Shown piece after piece: positions 1 through 9,511 of a stretch of DNA of 64,000 nucleotides. A model generated the notes under the pieces. The model saw only the letters and a program-made list of their open reading frames with translations. It had not been told where the DNA came from and ran no database searches. Location: positions 1 to 64,000 of the IMG/VR virus record IMGVR_UViG_2834293421_000001; one strand, written 5' to 3'. Source of the DNA: a virus. Its lineage: Duplodnaviria > Caudoviricetes. Position 1 is the stretch's first letter. Each line of letters opens with the position of its first letter. The translations under genes and the position numbers were made by a program.

Positions 1-1530
1 TTACTTATTTTTTATTAACCTTGGGTATATTTTTATATTAAACCTTGAAGTTCTTTTTTTAGGTTCTCTGCTATAGTCTATGTAATCAATAACTTCTTTT
101 AGCAACTCATTTCTTTCTTGCATGTCATTACTTTGATAATATAATTCTAGTACTTTTTTGATTTGAGGTATTATATCTGCTATAGAGAACACTGATTCTT
201 TTTCATTTTCTAAATCTTTTTTAGCCTGAGATAAATTAGATCTATTTAAATCAATTTTATCTGTTAGAATCTTAGATCTATCTAAATATGTATCTACATC
301 ATAAATTCCTTGCTCTAATAAGTTATGTAAATTTTCCTTTTGTTTCATCAAGGTTTGATATTCAGATTCGAGTGATTTTATAATAGAGTAGTAAGATTCT
401 AAATTTGGATTTTTATTTTCGTTAGAATCTAAATCTTTAATTGAAACATTATAAGCATCCACCCAGTCTGCAAGCTCATTGATTATATCTTTTTCTAAAA
501 TATCAAGTCTGACACCTCTATTTTTACCACAGTTTAAGCACTTAACAAATTTAACAATCTCTTTATTTTTATAAGTCGACTGCTGAGCTATCATTCTATG
601 ACCACATTCAGAGCAAACTATTAGGCCGGCTAGGGGATTAGTTATAGTTGAATGTTGTTTAGTAGAAGGTATGAAATTTGATTTAAATAAACTTTGAGCT
701 TCTAAAAATATAGATTCATCTATTATAGGTTCATGAATTCCTTTGGCTTCAATACGCTCATCTATAGGTCTAGTTTTAGAGCTATTTTTTCCTCTCTCAA
801 CTTTATTCCATACAACATAGCCTGCATAAGTTTTATTTTTTAATATATCTCTGACACCTTTATCATACCAAGTTCTGCCTGTAGTAGTTTTTAGACCTAA
901 TGAATTTAAATGAGTGGCTATTTTAACGCCACCATAATGTTTATTAACATATAAATCAAATATCATTCTAACAACTTCTGCTTTATCTTTATCTATAACC
1001 ATAGATTTATTTCCGAATTCATCGAATACAAATTTATATCCATAAGGAGGTTTACTAGCTATAAATTTGCCTTCTTCAACACTTTTAACTCTACCTCTTT
1101 GCATACGTCTAGTAATAAGCTTAAGTTCTTTACGAGCCATAAATGCTTCAAATTCAGAGTATTCTTCATCCCACTCATTATTTAAATCATATGTTTTTCT
1201 AGGTGTTATAATTTTAGTATTGGACTTTTTAAAAGTTTCCAGTATAAGCCCTTGGTCTTGCATATTACCTCTACCAAGTCTATCTATATCCATAACTAAT
1301 ACAGAATCATAGAAACCATTTTTTACTTCCTCTAAAAGTTCTAACATTTTAGGTCTATAAGAAATACTTTCACCGGATACTAGTTCTTCTTTTATTTCTA
1401 CTATATTTAAATTTTGTTCTTTTGCTATCTTTAATAGAGTAGATCTATGTCTACTTAAAGTTTCAAATTCACCTTGCTTTTCAGCTTCTTCATCTGAACG
1501 TGACTTTCTTAAGTAAATACAAGTTTTCAT
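1..1530 (-). CDS. Large serine recombinase (integrase of prophage 1)
   Basis: YLRKSR catalytic motif, DRLGRG, recombinase domain PPYGY, Zn ribbon CSECG...CLNC, coiled coil. Confidence 0.95.
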   Translation of the reverse strand: MKTCIYLRKSRSDEEAEKQGEFETLSRHRSTLLKIAKEQNLNIVEIKEELVSGESISYRPKMLELLEEVKNGFYDSVLVMDIDRLGRGNMQDQGLILETFKKSNTKIITPRKTYDLNNEWDEEYSEFEAFMARKELKLITRRMQRGRVKSVEEGKFIASKPPYGYKFVFDEFGNKSMVIDKDKAEVVRMIFDLYVNKHYGGVKIATHLNSLGLKTTTGRTWYDKGVRDILKNKTYAGYVVWNKVERGKNSSKTRPIDERIEAKGIHEPIIDESIFLEAQSLFKSNFIPSTKQHSTITNPLAGLIVCSECGHRMIAQQSTYKNKEIVKFVKCLNCGKNRGVRLDILEKDIINELADWVDAYNVSIKDLDSNENKNPNLESYYSIIKSLESEYQTLMKQKENLHNLLEQGIYDVDTYLDRSKILTDKIDLNRSNLSQAKKDLENEKESVFSIADIIPQIKKVLELYYQSNDMQERNELLKEVIDYIDYSREPKKRTSRFNIKIYPRLIKNK

Positions 1531-1744
1531 ATTTTTTCGCCGCCTTTAACTAAGTAAATATAATATTATATTAAAATATATGGAAGTAGTTGACAATATT
1601 AAATCGAAAGTATGTTCTTTTTATTGATATAATTTAAAGGTAAAGTTTACAAAAATAATAAACTATTTACATTTTTTTACAAAATAATGGATGAATTATG
1701 ATATATTATAGATAGTAATATTTAACATAAAAGGAGGGAAATAT

Positions 1745-2251
1745 ATGGCCTTAGAAAATGGGACTGGAATATTAGACTATGAAGATTTAGAAAGTTGTTT
1801 AGAAAATTATAAAATTGACAATACAATTTTTAACAAAGCATTTATGCTTTTAAATTTGTATATGAATAAACCATCTTGGCCTCATTCAGTTAAGTTGTAT
1901 GAAGAAGAAGCTGAAAAAATTCTTGGTGGATCTATATATAGCATATGCAGAATGGGAGGCCAATTAAAGCCTTATTTTGATAATGAGGAAAATAAAAATA
2001 TAAATAAGGAGTTTAAAAGAGATTTAAGTTTTTTTGCATTAAATATATTTACAGTTTTAGATGATGCATATTCATTCAGAATGAATCCTTTTGAGCTAAA
2101 TTCTGTTTCATACACAATAAATGAGCATGAATGTGATAAGGTATGTGTAAAATTTTCAAGAAATGATAATGAATCACTAGATGTCTATATGTCAAAGTTT
2201 GATATAAGAAATATGATTGATTATCTTGAAAAATTATTAGCAGAAGGTTAA
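1745..2251 (+). CDS. Hypothetical cargo protein (168 aa)
   Basis: ORF with strong RBS AAGGAGG, between integrase and ImmA. Confidence 0.8.
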   Translation: MALENGTGILDYEDLESCLENYKIDNTIFNKAFMLLNLYMNKPSWPHSVKLYEEEAEKILGGSIYSICRMGGQLKPYFDNEENKNINKEFKRDLSFFALNIFTVLDDAYSFRMNPFELNSVSYTINEHECDKVCVKFSRNDNESLDVYMSKFDIRNMIDYLEKLLAEG

Positions 2252-2411
2252 AATGATGGTAGAAGCTAAAAGTGAAGTGATTTATTTAAATCGAAGAATA
2301 GAATCGAAAGATAGAGTTAAGAATAATAGTATAAAATCTTCTACATATAAAAATAAAAAATCTTTTGATTACTCTAAAGAAATATCTTTTGGATTAGAGG
2401 AGGTAGATGAT

Positions 2412-2771
2412 ATGGATTCTAAAGATGTAAATAATATACTTCTTAAGTATATGGATGGTATAGATAAGAAGTACGATGATTATAAACGTGATATGGTAGA
2501 ATCTGAAAAAAGAATCTACCAAAATGTAAAGGATTCAGAAGAAAGATATGAAAAAAGACAACAAGATTTTGAAAAAAGATTAGACTCAAGATTTGAAAAT
2601 ATTGAAAAAACTTTTGACAAAATGGAAAATAAATTTGATACATTATCTAGTGAAGTTAAAGAAAATAATAAGTACTTAAGAGGATTAACATATACAATTA
2701 TAGGTTTGGCTATAACGACTATCATAAGTATAGTAGGAATAGCTGTAACTGTTTATCTATCTGTGAAATAA
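2412..2771 (+). CDS. Coiled-coil protein with C-terminal TM helix (alternative upstream start at 2253)
   Basis: RBS GAGGAGGT 2397-2404 before ATG 2412; heptad-like D/E/K/F pattern; hydrophobic C-terminus. Confidence 0.75.
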   Translation: MDSKDVNNILLKYMDGIDKKYDDYKRDMVESEKRIYQNVKDSEERYEKRQQDFEKRLDSRFENIEKTFDKMENKFDTLSSEVKENNKYLRGLTYTIIGLAITTIISIVGIAVTVYLSVK

Positions 2772-2798
2772 AAAAGACTAGTTATACTAGTCTTTTTT
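2771..2798. terminator. Bidirectional intrinsic terminator
   Basis: aaaaagactagt-tat-actagtcttttt between convergent genes. Confidence 0.85.
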
Positions 2799-2800
2799 AT

Positions 2801-3280
2801 TTATGCTATAAACTCACTTATGATAAAGCTAGGAATAAAATAAATCGTATAATTATCAATTTTAACTGATACACCATATTTATTTTTATAGCACTCAAGA
2901 GCTTCATCTAAAAACGGAATAGTAATATCTAAAAACTCAGCTATTTCTTCTTTAGATCTGCAACGGTTTTTCCATGCATCAATAAGTCCATTCAATCCAA
3001 TTAGTTTGTCATAAGAAACCAATCTCGCTTTATATTCTTGTTTACAATTTGATATATCATCTAAATCTAATATATTTCCATAGCTTGTATAGTGATGAGC
3101 TAGTTCTTCAGCTAGTACACAAGCTTTTTCTTTATTTGAAGTTAATCTATTTTTATTAATAGCAATTTTCCCATCATAATATAAACCATCAGAATTAGAT
3201 TTAAGAGCAACCTCTTTTAAAATTATATTATTCTCATATGCCTCTTGTTGTAATTCCTCATATATATTCACATAATTCAC
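2801..3280 (-). CDS. ImmA/IrrE-family metallopeptidase (anti-repressor protease)
   Basis: CVLAEELAHHYT motif, QEYKAR; next to repressor. Confidence 0.9.
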   Translation of the reverse strand: MNYVNIYEELQQEAYENNIILKEVALKSNSDGLYYDGKIAINKNRLTSNKEKACVLAEELAHHYTSYGNILDLDDISNCKQEYKARLVSYDKLIGLNGLIDAWKNRCRSKEEIAEFLDITIPFLDEALECYKNKYGVSVKIDNYTIYFIPSFIISEFIA

Positions 3281-3287
3281 CTAGCTT

Positions 3288-3752
3288 TTACCAATTATCC
3301 ATATCTTCTATGTCTTGCATAATTTTATCCATTTCACCATGCTCAGTTAAATGGTCATTGTGAGCAGCGATTGTTTTTATGTCAGAGGCTGGCTGTTCTT
3401 TTATGTAAGATGGAATAAGAGTTAATTCAGAAACTCTTTTAATTGCTTCATCTTTTCCAGTTTCATTAAGATTATTAAAACTATTTAGTAATTTACGTTC
3501 TTTAATAGATATAGTATCTTTATTTTTTATATTTACATTTTTATTATTAATATCTTCCCAACCCATTAAATACGCTGGAGAAACATCAAATACCTCTGCT
3601 AAGGATTCAATTTTATCAGATGGAATATTTGATATTACACCACTTTCATATCTTTGTAGCGTTGGTTTCTTAACGCCAATTTTATTAGAGACTTCTTCTA
3701 AAGTTAAACCAAGTTCTAATCGCTTATTTTTTATATTTTCTTTTAAACCCAT
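3288..3752 (-). CDS. XRE-family phage repressor
   Basis: HTH LTLEEVS...LQRYESG, SPAYLMGW, C-terminal TIAAH motif; RBS GAGGTG before ATG 3752. Confidence 0.9.
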   Translation of the reverse strand: MGLKENIKNKRLELGLTLEEVSNKIGVKKPTLQRYESGVISNIPSDKIESLAEVFDVSPAYLMGWEDINNKNVNIKNKDTISIKERKLLNSFNNLNETGKDEAIKRVSELTLIPSYIKEQPASDIKTIAAHNDHLTEHGEMDKIMQDIEDMDNW

Positions 3753-3814
3753 GTAAGATTTCACCTCGATTCATATATATATTATTAATGATACAATATA
3801 AATATATAACAAAA

Positions 3815-4148
3815 ATTACTTAATAAGCAACGAAAATTTCAAAAAAAATAAAGAAAGTTACTTAATAAGTGTTGACAATGAATATTTAAGGATATAAAAT
3901 GTTACTTAAGAAGTAACAAAAGAGGTGAAATAAATGGTACAGATAAATGAAATTAAAGGTAGAATGAAAGCAGAAGGATACACTCAAGCTGAGTTGGCAA
4001 AAAAGTTAGGTATATCAGCTAAGACATTAAGTACAAGGTTAAAAAAAGGTGTATTTGGTTCAGATGAAATCGAAAAAATGATAACTATTTTAAAAATTGA
4101 AAATCCAATAGAGATTTTTTTTAAAAACTAAGTTACTTATTAAGTAAC
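3815..4148. promoter_or_regulatory. Lysis/lysogeny switch: four 17-bp operators (GTTACTTA-N-TAAGTAAC) at 3815, 3857, 3901, 4132 and sigmaA promoter TTGACA(3872)-17-TAAAAT(3895)
   Basis: Palindromic repeats read directly; the 4132-4148 copy is perfect. Confidence 0.85.
3934..4131 (+). CDS. Cro-like HTH protein
   Basis: YTQAELAKKLGIS HTH, divergent from repressor. Confidence 0.88.
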   Translation: MVQINEIKGRMKAEGYTQAELAKKLGISAKTLSTRLKKGVFGSDEIEKMITILKIENPIEIFFKN

Positions 4149-4168
4149 AAAATAAGGAGTGATTAAAA

Positions 4169-4819
4169 ATGAATAACATTATAAAAACAAATAATGAAGT
4201 ACTTACTTTAGACAGTAGAGAAGTAGCTGAAATGGTTGAAATGGAACATAAAAATTTATTAAGAAAAATAGATGAAGTTAATAAAGATTTTAACGAGCGC
4301 AAAATTGAGCTGGTTAAATATTGGGAAGAAAGCACATATAAAGATGCTAAAGGCGAAGAAAGAAGATGTTTAAAAATAACAAAGCGTGGATGTGGATTTA
4401 TAGCACATAAAACAACAGGAACTAAAGGAAACATATTTACTCATAAATACATGGAAAGATTTGAGGAAATGGAAAAACAGTTACAAGGTAACAACTTAGT
4501 ACCAATAGATGAAATAAAAAATGTAATAGTAGAGCAAGTAAAAGAGCAACTAGAAAAAGTTGATATAAAGTATTCAGACTATGTAAGACCACTTTCGACA
4601 GAGAAAAGAAGAATATCACAATATATAAAAGAAAGATTAGGTATAGATAAAGCAAATGATGAATATAAGCAAGTTAAAAATAGAGTATTAATGTTACTAG
4701 GAGCAGATAAGTGGGAAGATGTTCCAGTTGAAACATTATTAAACTCAATGAATTTAATAGATCAAAGTATAAAGGTTATAAAATCTGAAAGACCATACAA
4801 ACAAATGAATTGGTTTTAA
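4169..4819 (+). CDS. Rha-family phage regulatory protein
   Basis: LDSREVAEMV...HKNLLRKI, ESTYKDAKGE, FEEME motifs. Confidence 0.88.
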   Translation: MNNIIKTNNEVLTLDSREVAEMVEMEHKNLLRKIDEVNKDFNERKIELVKYWEESTYKDAKGEERRCLKITKRGCGFIAHKTTGTKGNIFTHKYMERFEEMEKQLQGNNLVPIDEIKNVIVEQVKEQLEKVDIKYSDYVRPLSTEKRRISQYIKERLGIDKANDEYKQVKNRVLMLLGADKWEDVPVETLLNSMNLIDQSIKVIKSERPYKQMNWF

Positions 4820-4857
4820 TAAATAAATTAAAGAGCCAGTGGGCGTAGGAGGTAATT

Positions 4858-5028
4858 ATGAAAGAAAATAAAACAATATCAAAACTAACAATAAAAAATA
4901 ACCATATATATCTAGATGATTTAGAGTTAAAGGGAGTTCAAGACTATGAAGTGAAAAGTTCTGCTCCAAATAAAATAGCAGAACTTACACTTAAATTAAT
5001 TATATCTACGGTTAAAATTGACTCTTAA
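4858..5028 (+). CDS. Small hypothetical protein (56 aa), not in ORF track
   Basis: RBS AGGAGGT; MKENKTISKLTIKNNHIYLDDLELKGVQDYEVKSS... Confidence 0.65.
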   Translation: MKENKTISKLTIKNNHIYLDDLELKGVQDYEVKSSAPNKIAELTLKLIISTVKIDS

Positions 5029-5386
5029 TAAGTTCGGTAATTACACCTGTTGCAATTTGTTTAATTGCATCTAAAGATGAAGTACCTATATTTTTAGATA
5101 TCTCTTTGGTTTTGGACCAGTTTGTATCAGAGCGTATATCAGCTAAAAATTTATGACCATCAGGAGTTAGGTCTGAAATTAAACAAGATCCACCCAAAAA
5201 CCAATGAACTTTTGTAATTAAGTAGGAAGCTTCACATTGTTTGATATGGTAAAGTACTTCTTCTGGAGAATATGAAATTAGTCTTGGGAAAATATTTTCG
5301 GAAGGATAACTCATATCTAAATTAAAGCCAGTATTTTCTTCAACGGTAAGAAGAATATCTCTTACGCAATCTGGATTTAATCGCAT
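5012..5386 (-). CDS. DUF2513-like protein (antisense moron)
   Basis: MRLNPDCVRDILL...YHIKQC...LTPDGHKFL...W signature. Confidence 0.8.
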   Translation of the reverse strand: MRLNPDCVRDILLTVEENTGFNLDMSYPSENIFPRLISYSPEEVLYHIKQCEASYLITKVHWFLGGSCLISDLTPDGHKFLADIRSDTNWSKTKEISKNIGTSSLDAIKQIATGVITELIKSQF

Positions 5387-5512
5387 AAATAACACAACCT
5401 TTCGATTAATTTTAGAAATATATTCCATAAAGGTATTATATCAAAGTTTAGAGACAAAAAGTTACAAATAAATACAAAAGTTAAATAGATAAAAATAAAT
5501 TAAGGAGGAACT

Positions 5513-5716
5513 ATGAAAATTAAATTAGATTTAAAATCATTAAAACTAGAAGTAGTCAGAAGTGGATATTCAATTAATGAAATGGCAGAAATAACAGGAT
5601 TAGCAAGACAAACAATATCAAAAGCATTGAACAATGAAATATCAGTAAGACCATCTACAGCAGGTAAGATAGCTAAGGCTTTAGGGGTAGATGTTAAAAG
5701 CATAATTCTAGAATAG
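5513..5716 (+). CDS. XRE HTH protein
   Basis: SINEMAEITGLARQTIS...KIAKALGV; RBS AAGGAGG. Confidence 0.85.
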   Translation: MKIKLDLKSLKLEVVRSGYSINEMAEITGLARQTISKALNNEISVRPSTAGKIAKALGVDVKSIILE

Positions 5717-5740
5717 GACAATTTTAGAAATTCATATGAT
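5711..5740 (+). promoter_or_regulatory. sigmaE-like promoter with overlapping SpoIIID-like box
   Basis: GAATAGG-N15-CATATGAT; TAGGACAATT (5714-5723) fits WWRRACARNY; twin at 47432-47461. Confidence 0.55.
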
Positions 5741-5763
5741 TTATATATAGGGAGGTTGAAATT

Positions 5764-5967
5764 ATGGCTACTAAAAGAAGAGAAACAGAATATGGAACTA
5801 TTGCAGAAACAGAGCATGGAATTATTGAAATAATCTCTCCAGAAGTAAGACTTGGGAGAAAGCAAACAGAAGAAGAAATTCAAGCTATACTTGATAGAAT
5901 TGCAAGGGTTAACTATAAAATAGCTAAAAGATTATACAAAGAAGGCAAGTTAGAGATTAAGAAATAA
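5764..5967 (+). CDS. Small protein, candidate recombination directionality factor
   Basis: 67 aa, RBS GGGAGG; function inferred from context only. Confidence 0.5.
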   Translation: MATKRRETEYGTIAETEHGIIEIISPEVRLGRKQTEEEIQAILDRIARVNYKIAKRLYKEGKLEIKK

Positions 5968-6028
5968 TATTATGCTCAAAGGGCTTAAGCTCTTGAGTTT
6001 AAATAAATTAGGACAAGCATAGGAGGAA

Positions 6029-6298
6029 ATGAGCATGTTTAAATTTTTAAGGAATTTAATACCGGTATCAAGAAAGAGATATAACAGATATCAAGAGGGA
6101 CTTTTAATTGATATAAAAAGGCTAGAAGATAAAAAATTTAAATTAGAAAATACAATTAAAGAAAATAACAGTGTAATTAGAGCATTAGATGATTTATTAA
6201 ATTATAAAGATGCAGAGATAGAGATACTTAAAAGAAAAGTTACATGGTCAAGTGAAATGCTTGAAAAAAGAGATATTGAGAATAGACAAATTGTATAA
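6029..6298 (+). CDS. Hypothetical coiled-coil protein
   Basis: ORF with RBS AGGAGG. Confidence 0.7.
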   Translation: MSMFKFLRNLIPVSRKRYNRYQEGLLIDIKRLEDKKFKLENTIKENNSVIRALDDLLNYKDAEIEILKRKVTWSSEMLEKRDIENRQIV

Positions 6299-6378
6299 AA
6301 AAAGTAAGAACTCATAAGCGACCAAACTTAAAATGAGTTCTTAAATCCAAACAAAAACTAATAGGAGGATAACATATT

Positions 6379-7362
6379 ATGAGCGAAGTTGCAATACTAT
6401 CTCAAGATGAAAAGTTCAGAAAATATTTAGATGCAAAGGTTATAGCAGATACAAAAAATATGTCAAAAGAAGAATGGCTAAAAAGTAGACAAGCAGGAAT
6501 AGGTGGAAGTGATGCATCTGCAATAGCAGGATTAAATCCTTGGAAAAGCTCAATCCAACTTTATATGGATAAGAAAGAAGAGAATCCACAAGAGATTAAA
6601 TCATTACGAATGGATTTAGGTAACAGGTTAGAAGGATTAGTTGCTGAATTATTTACAGAAGAAACGGGATTAAAAGTAAGGAACGTAAACGGAATACTTA
6701 AAAATGAAAAATATCCATTTGCACTAGCTAATATAGATAGAGCTATAGTAGGAGAAAAAGCATTCTTAGAATGTAAGACAACTAATTCATTTGCACTTAA
6801 AGAATGGAAAGATGGAGTACCATCACATTATGAAATACAATGCTTACACTATATGGCCATAACAGGAGCAACACATTGCTATATAGCAGCTTTAATAGGC
6901 AATAGTGATTTTATATGGCACAAGATAGAAAGAGATCAAGAAACAATAGATTATCTCATGCAAATAGAAAAAGAGTTTTGGGAAGAGAATATATTAAAAG
7001 ACATAGTTCCTTTACCAGATGGATCAGATGCTTATTCAGAATATTTAAAAGAAAAGTATAAAAAGTCAAATGGACAAGAAATAGAACTTCATTTATTAAA
7101 AGATGGTCCTCAAAAGCTTTTAAGATATGACGAGATAGTCACAGATATAAAAGCCTTAGAAACTGAAAAGAAATTGATAGAACAGGAAATACAACTTCAT
7201 ATGGAGGAGTTTGAAGTTGCCAAAATAGGTGATAGAAAAATAACTTGGAAAACTTCAAGTAGAAATTCAATAGATAGTAAAAAGCTTAAATCTGAAATGC
7301 CAGATATAGCAGCACAATATACTAAAACAAGTACTTCAAGAACTTTTAGAATAGGAAAATAA
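6379..7362 (+). CDS. YqaJ-like (lambda exonuclease family) protein
   Basis: IGGSD, ANIDR, LECKT, YEIQCLHYM motifs. Confidence 0.93.
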   Translation: MSEVAILSQDEKFRKYLDAKVIADTKNMSKEEWLKSRQAGIGGSDASAIAGLNPWKSSIQLYMDKKEENPQEIKSLRMDLGNRLEGLVAELFTEETGLKVRNVNGILKNEKYPFALANIDRAIVGEKAFLECKTTNSFALKEWKDGVPSHYEIQCLHYMAITGATHCYIAALIGNSDFIWHKIERDQETIDYLMQIEKEFWEENILKDIVPLPDGSDAYSEYLKEKYKKSNGQEIELHLLKDGPQKLLRYDEIVTDIKALETEKKLIEQEIQLHMEEFEVAKIGDRKITWKTSSRNSIDSKKLKSEMPDIAAQYTKTSTSRTFRIGK

Positions 7363-7386
7363 ATTAGAAAAGGGATGGTAGATGAA

Positions 7387-8205
7387 ATGAGTGATTTAAA
7401 AAATAAATTAGCAAATAAAGCTACAGGATCAACAACAGTAAAGAAGGTTAGTCCAAATAAAGCAATGGAACAGTTAATGACACAAATGGCAGGCCAAATA
7501 AAGAAAGCTTTACCAGAACATATGTCAAGTGAGAGATTCCAAAGGGTAGCATTAACTGCTTTTGGGAGTAATCCTAAATTCTTAAATTGTGAGCCTATGA
7601 GTTTCTTAGCTGCAATGATGGACTCAGCACAATTAGGATTAGAGCCAAATACACCTTTAGGACAAGCTTACTTAATACCATATGGAAATAAGGTTCAATT
7701 TCAAGTTGGATACAAAGGGTTACTAGAATTAGCACTAAGAAGTGGCAAGATAAAAACTTTATATGCACATGAAGTAAGAGAAAATGACAAGTTTGAGGTT
7801 AAGTATGGACTACATCAAGACTTAATACATGAACCAGTACTAAAAGGTGATAGGGGCGAAGTCATAGGATACTATGCAGTTTATCACCTAGATACTGGAG
7901 GTCATAGTTTTATATTCATGACAAAGGATGAAATATTAACTCATGCTAAGAACAAGAGCAAAACTTTCAATAACGGACCTTGGCAAACTGATTTTGATGC
8001 AATGGCAAAGAAAACAGTTATAAAACAACTTTTAAAATATGCTCCATTAAGCATAGAAATGCAAAGAGCAGTTAGTTCAGATGAAACTGTTAAAACAAAG
8101 ATAGATGAAGATATGAGTTTAGTATTTGATGAAACGGAGTCTATAGAAGCTAACTTTGAGATAAAGGAAGATGAAGATGGACAAACATCTATAGAAACAA
8201 ACTAA
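7387..8205 (+). CDS. recT: RecT single-strand annealing protein
   Basis: AQLGLEPNTPLGQAYLIPY, GYKGL, PWQTDFDAMAKKT. Confidence 0.95.
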   Translation: MSDLKNKLANKATGSTTVKKVSPNKAMEQLMTQMAGQIKKALPEHMSSERFQRVALTAFGSNPKFLNCEPMSFLAAMMDSAQLGLEPNTPLGQAYLIPYGNKVQFQVGYKGLLELALRSGKIKTLYAHEVRENDKFEVKYGLHQDLIHEPVLKGDRGEVIGYYAVYHLDTGGHSFIFMTKDEILTHAKNKSKTFNNGPWQTDFDAMAKKTVIKQLLKYAPLSIEMQRAVSSDETVKTKIDEDMSLVFDETESIEANFEIKEDEDGQTSIETN

Positions 8206-8280
8206 TAATAAAAAGAAGTAAGAGAATTATTATAAGCTCTTACTTCTAACATTAAAATGATAGCAAAGTGGGTGATATGG

Positions 8281-9141
8281 ATGGCTATATACAGACCTGT
8301 ACATGTTACGTTTTGGCAAGATCCAAAAGTTATAGAAGAAATGACTCCAGAAGATAAATTATTTTTTTTATATTTAATAACCAATCCAAAAACAACGCAA
8401 ATAGGTATATATCAGATAACTAAAAAACAAATGGCATTTGAACTTGGATATTCAATAGAAAGTATAAATGCACTTATGGATAGATTTGAAAATCATCATA
8501 AAACTATTATATATAATAAAGAAACTAGAGAGATTGCAATTATAAACTGGGGTAGATATAACTTCCCAAGAGCAGGAACTCCGATTGAAAATTGTGTAAA
8601 GAAAGAGCTTGCATCAGTTAAAGATAAGTCTCTTATAAAAATAGTAGGTGAGAGAATTGAAAATAAGAAAATTAAGAACATATTTATAAGTTTTCTAGAG
8701 GATGTACGTGACGAGTTACGTGACGGAGAACGTGACGAGGGGAATAACAATAACAAACATAATAACAATAACAATAATAATAACAAACACAATAATAAAA
8801 AAGTAAGTTTGGTTAATGTTGTTGAAGAAATTAATAAAAGATTTAGTTTAGAAGATGAAGACATAAAAAAAGTAGCTAATGTTTACTTAGCTACTGGGAG
8901 AGATATTGAGTATTTAATTGAAAAGCTTGATTTAGTAAACAATACCCCAAACGTTAAAAACATTGTAGGTTATTTACTAAAAGCTATCCAAGAGGATTAC
9001 AAACCTATTATTGACAAAAATAAGAATTCTATACCTGGTGTAAAAACTCGATTTCATAATATAAATCAACACTTTGATAAATATGGATCAGATGAATTAG
9101 AACAAATGCTTATAGAAAGTCAAATAGGAAAATTTAAATAG
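8281..9141 (+). CDS. Phage replication initiator
   Basis: FWQDPKV...LFFLYLITNP N-terminal winged helix; internal iterons. Confidence 0.85.
   Translation: MAIYRPVHVTFWQDPKVIEEMTPEDKLFFLYLITNPKTTQIGIYQITKKQMAFELGYSIESINALMDRFENHHKTIIYNKETREIAIINWGRYNFPRAGTPIENCVKKELASVKDKSLIKIVGERIENKKIKNIFISFLEDVRDELRDGERDEGNNNNKHNNNNNNNNKHNNKKVSLVNVVEEINKRFSLEDEDIKKVANVYLATGRDIEYLIEKLDLVNNTPNVKNIVGYLLKAIQEDYKPIIDKNKNSIPGVKTRFHNINQHFDKYGSDELEQMLIESQIGKFK
8706..8797 (+). repeat. Putative ori: 3x ACGTGACG at 12-bp period plus AAT/AAC tract
   Basis: Repeats at 8706, 8718, 8730 inside initiator gene, followed by AT-rich poly-Asn tract. Confidence 0.7.
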
Positions 9142-9143
9142 AG

Positions 9144-9509
9144 GTGAGTAGAGTGAAATACTCCAATATGTGTGATTTTGATTTTACTGATAATTATATA
9201 GCATTACTAGCTTGTATAGTAACAGGATTATCAGTAGATGAGTGTGTTAGAAAGATTGCATTGCAAAATAGAAGAGATCAAAAGAAAAAATCTAATAAAA
9301 AAAGAGTTGGAAATAAAAATGGATGTAAAGAAACTTATGTATTTGATATAGAAACAGGTGAACTACATAAGTTTCAAAGTGGGAAAGAAGCAGCACAAAA
9401 CTTTGGACTTAATCCTGCTGGAGTTGGATTTTATATACAACATAAATATAAATATAAACATAGATATATTTTTACACGAAACAAAAATTTTAAATTTAAG
9501 GGGAAATAG
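9144..9509 (+). CDS. Hypothetical protein with NUMOD1-like DNA-binding repeat
   Basis: YVFDIETGE...FQSGKEAAQNFG; N-terminus homologous to 49573. Confidence 0.65.
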   Translation: MSRVKYSNMCDFDFTDNYIALLACIVTGLSVDECVRKIALQNRRDQKKKSNKKRVGNKNGCKETYVFDIETGELHKFQSGKEAAQNFGLNPAGVGFYIQHKYKYKHRYIFTRNKNFKFKGK

Positions 9510-9511
9510 AA

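Noticed and set aside
8742-8797. AAT/AAC tract as a phase-variation switch
   Set aside because: Triplet units keep the frame; better explained as origin AT-rich region or linker
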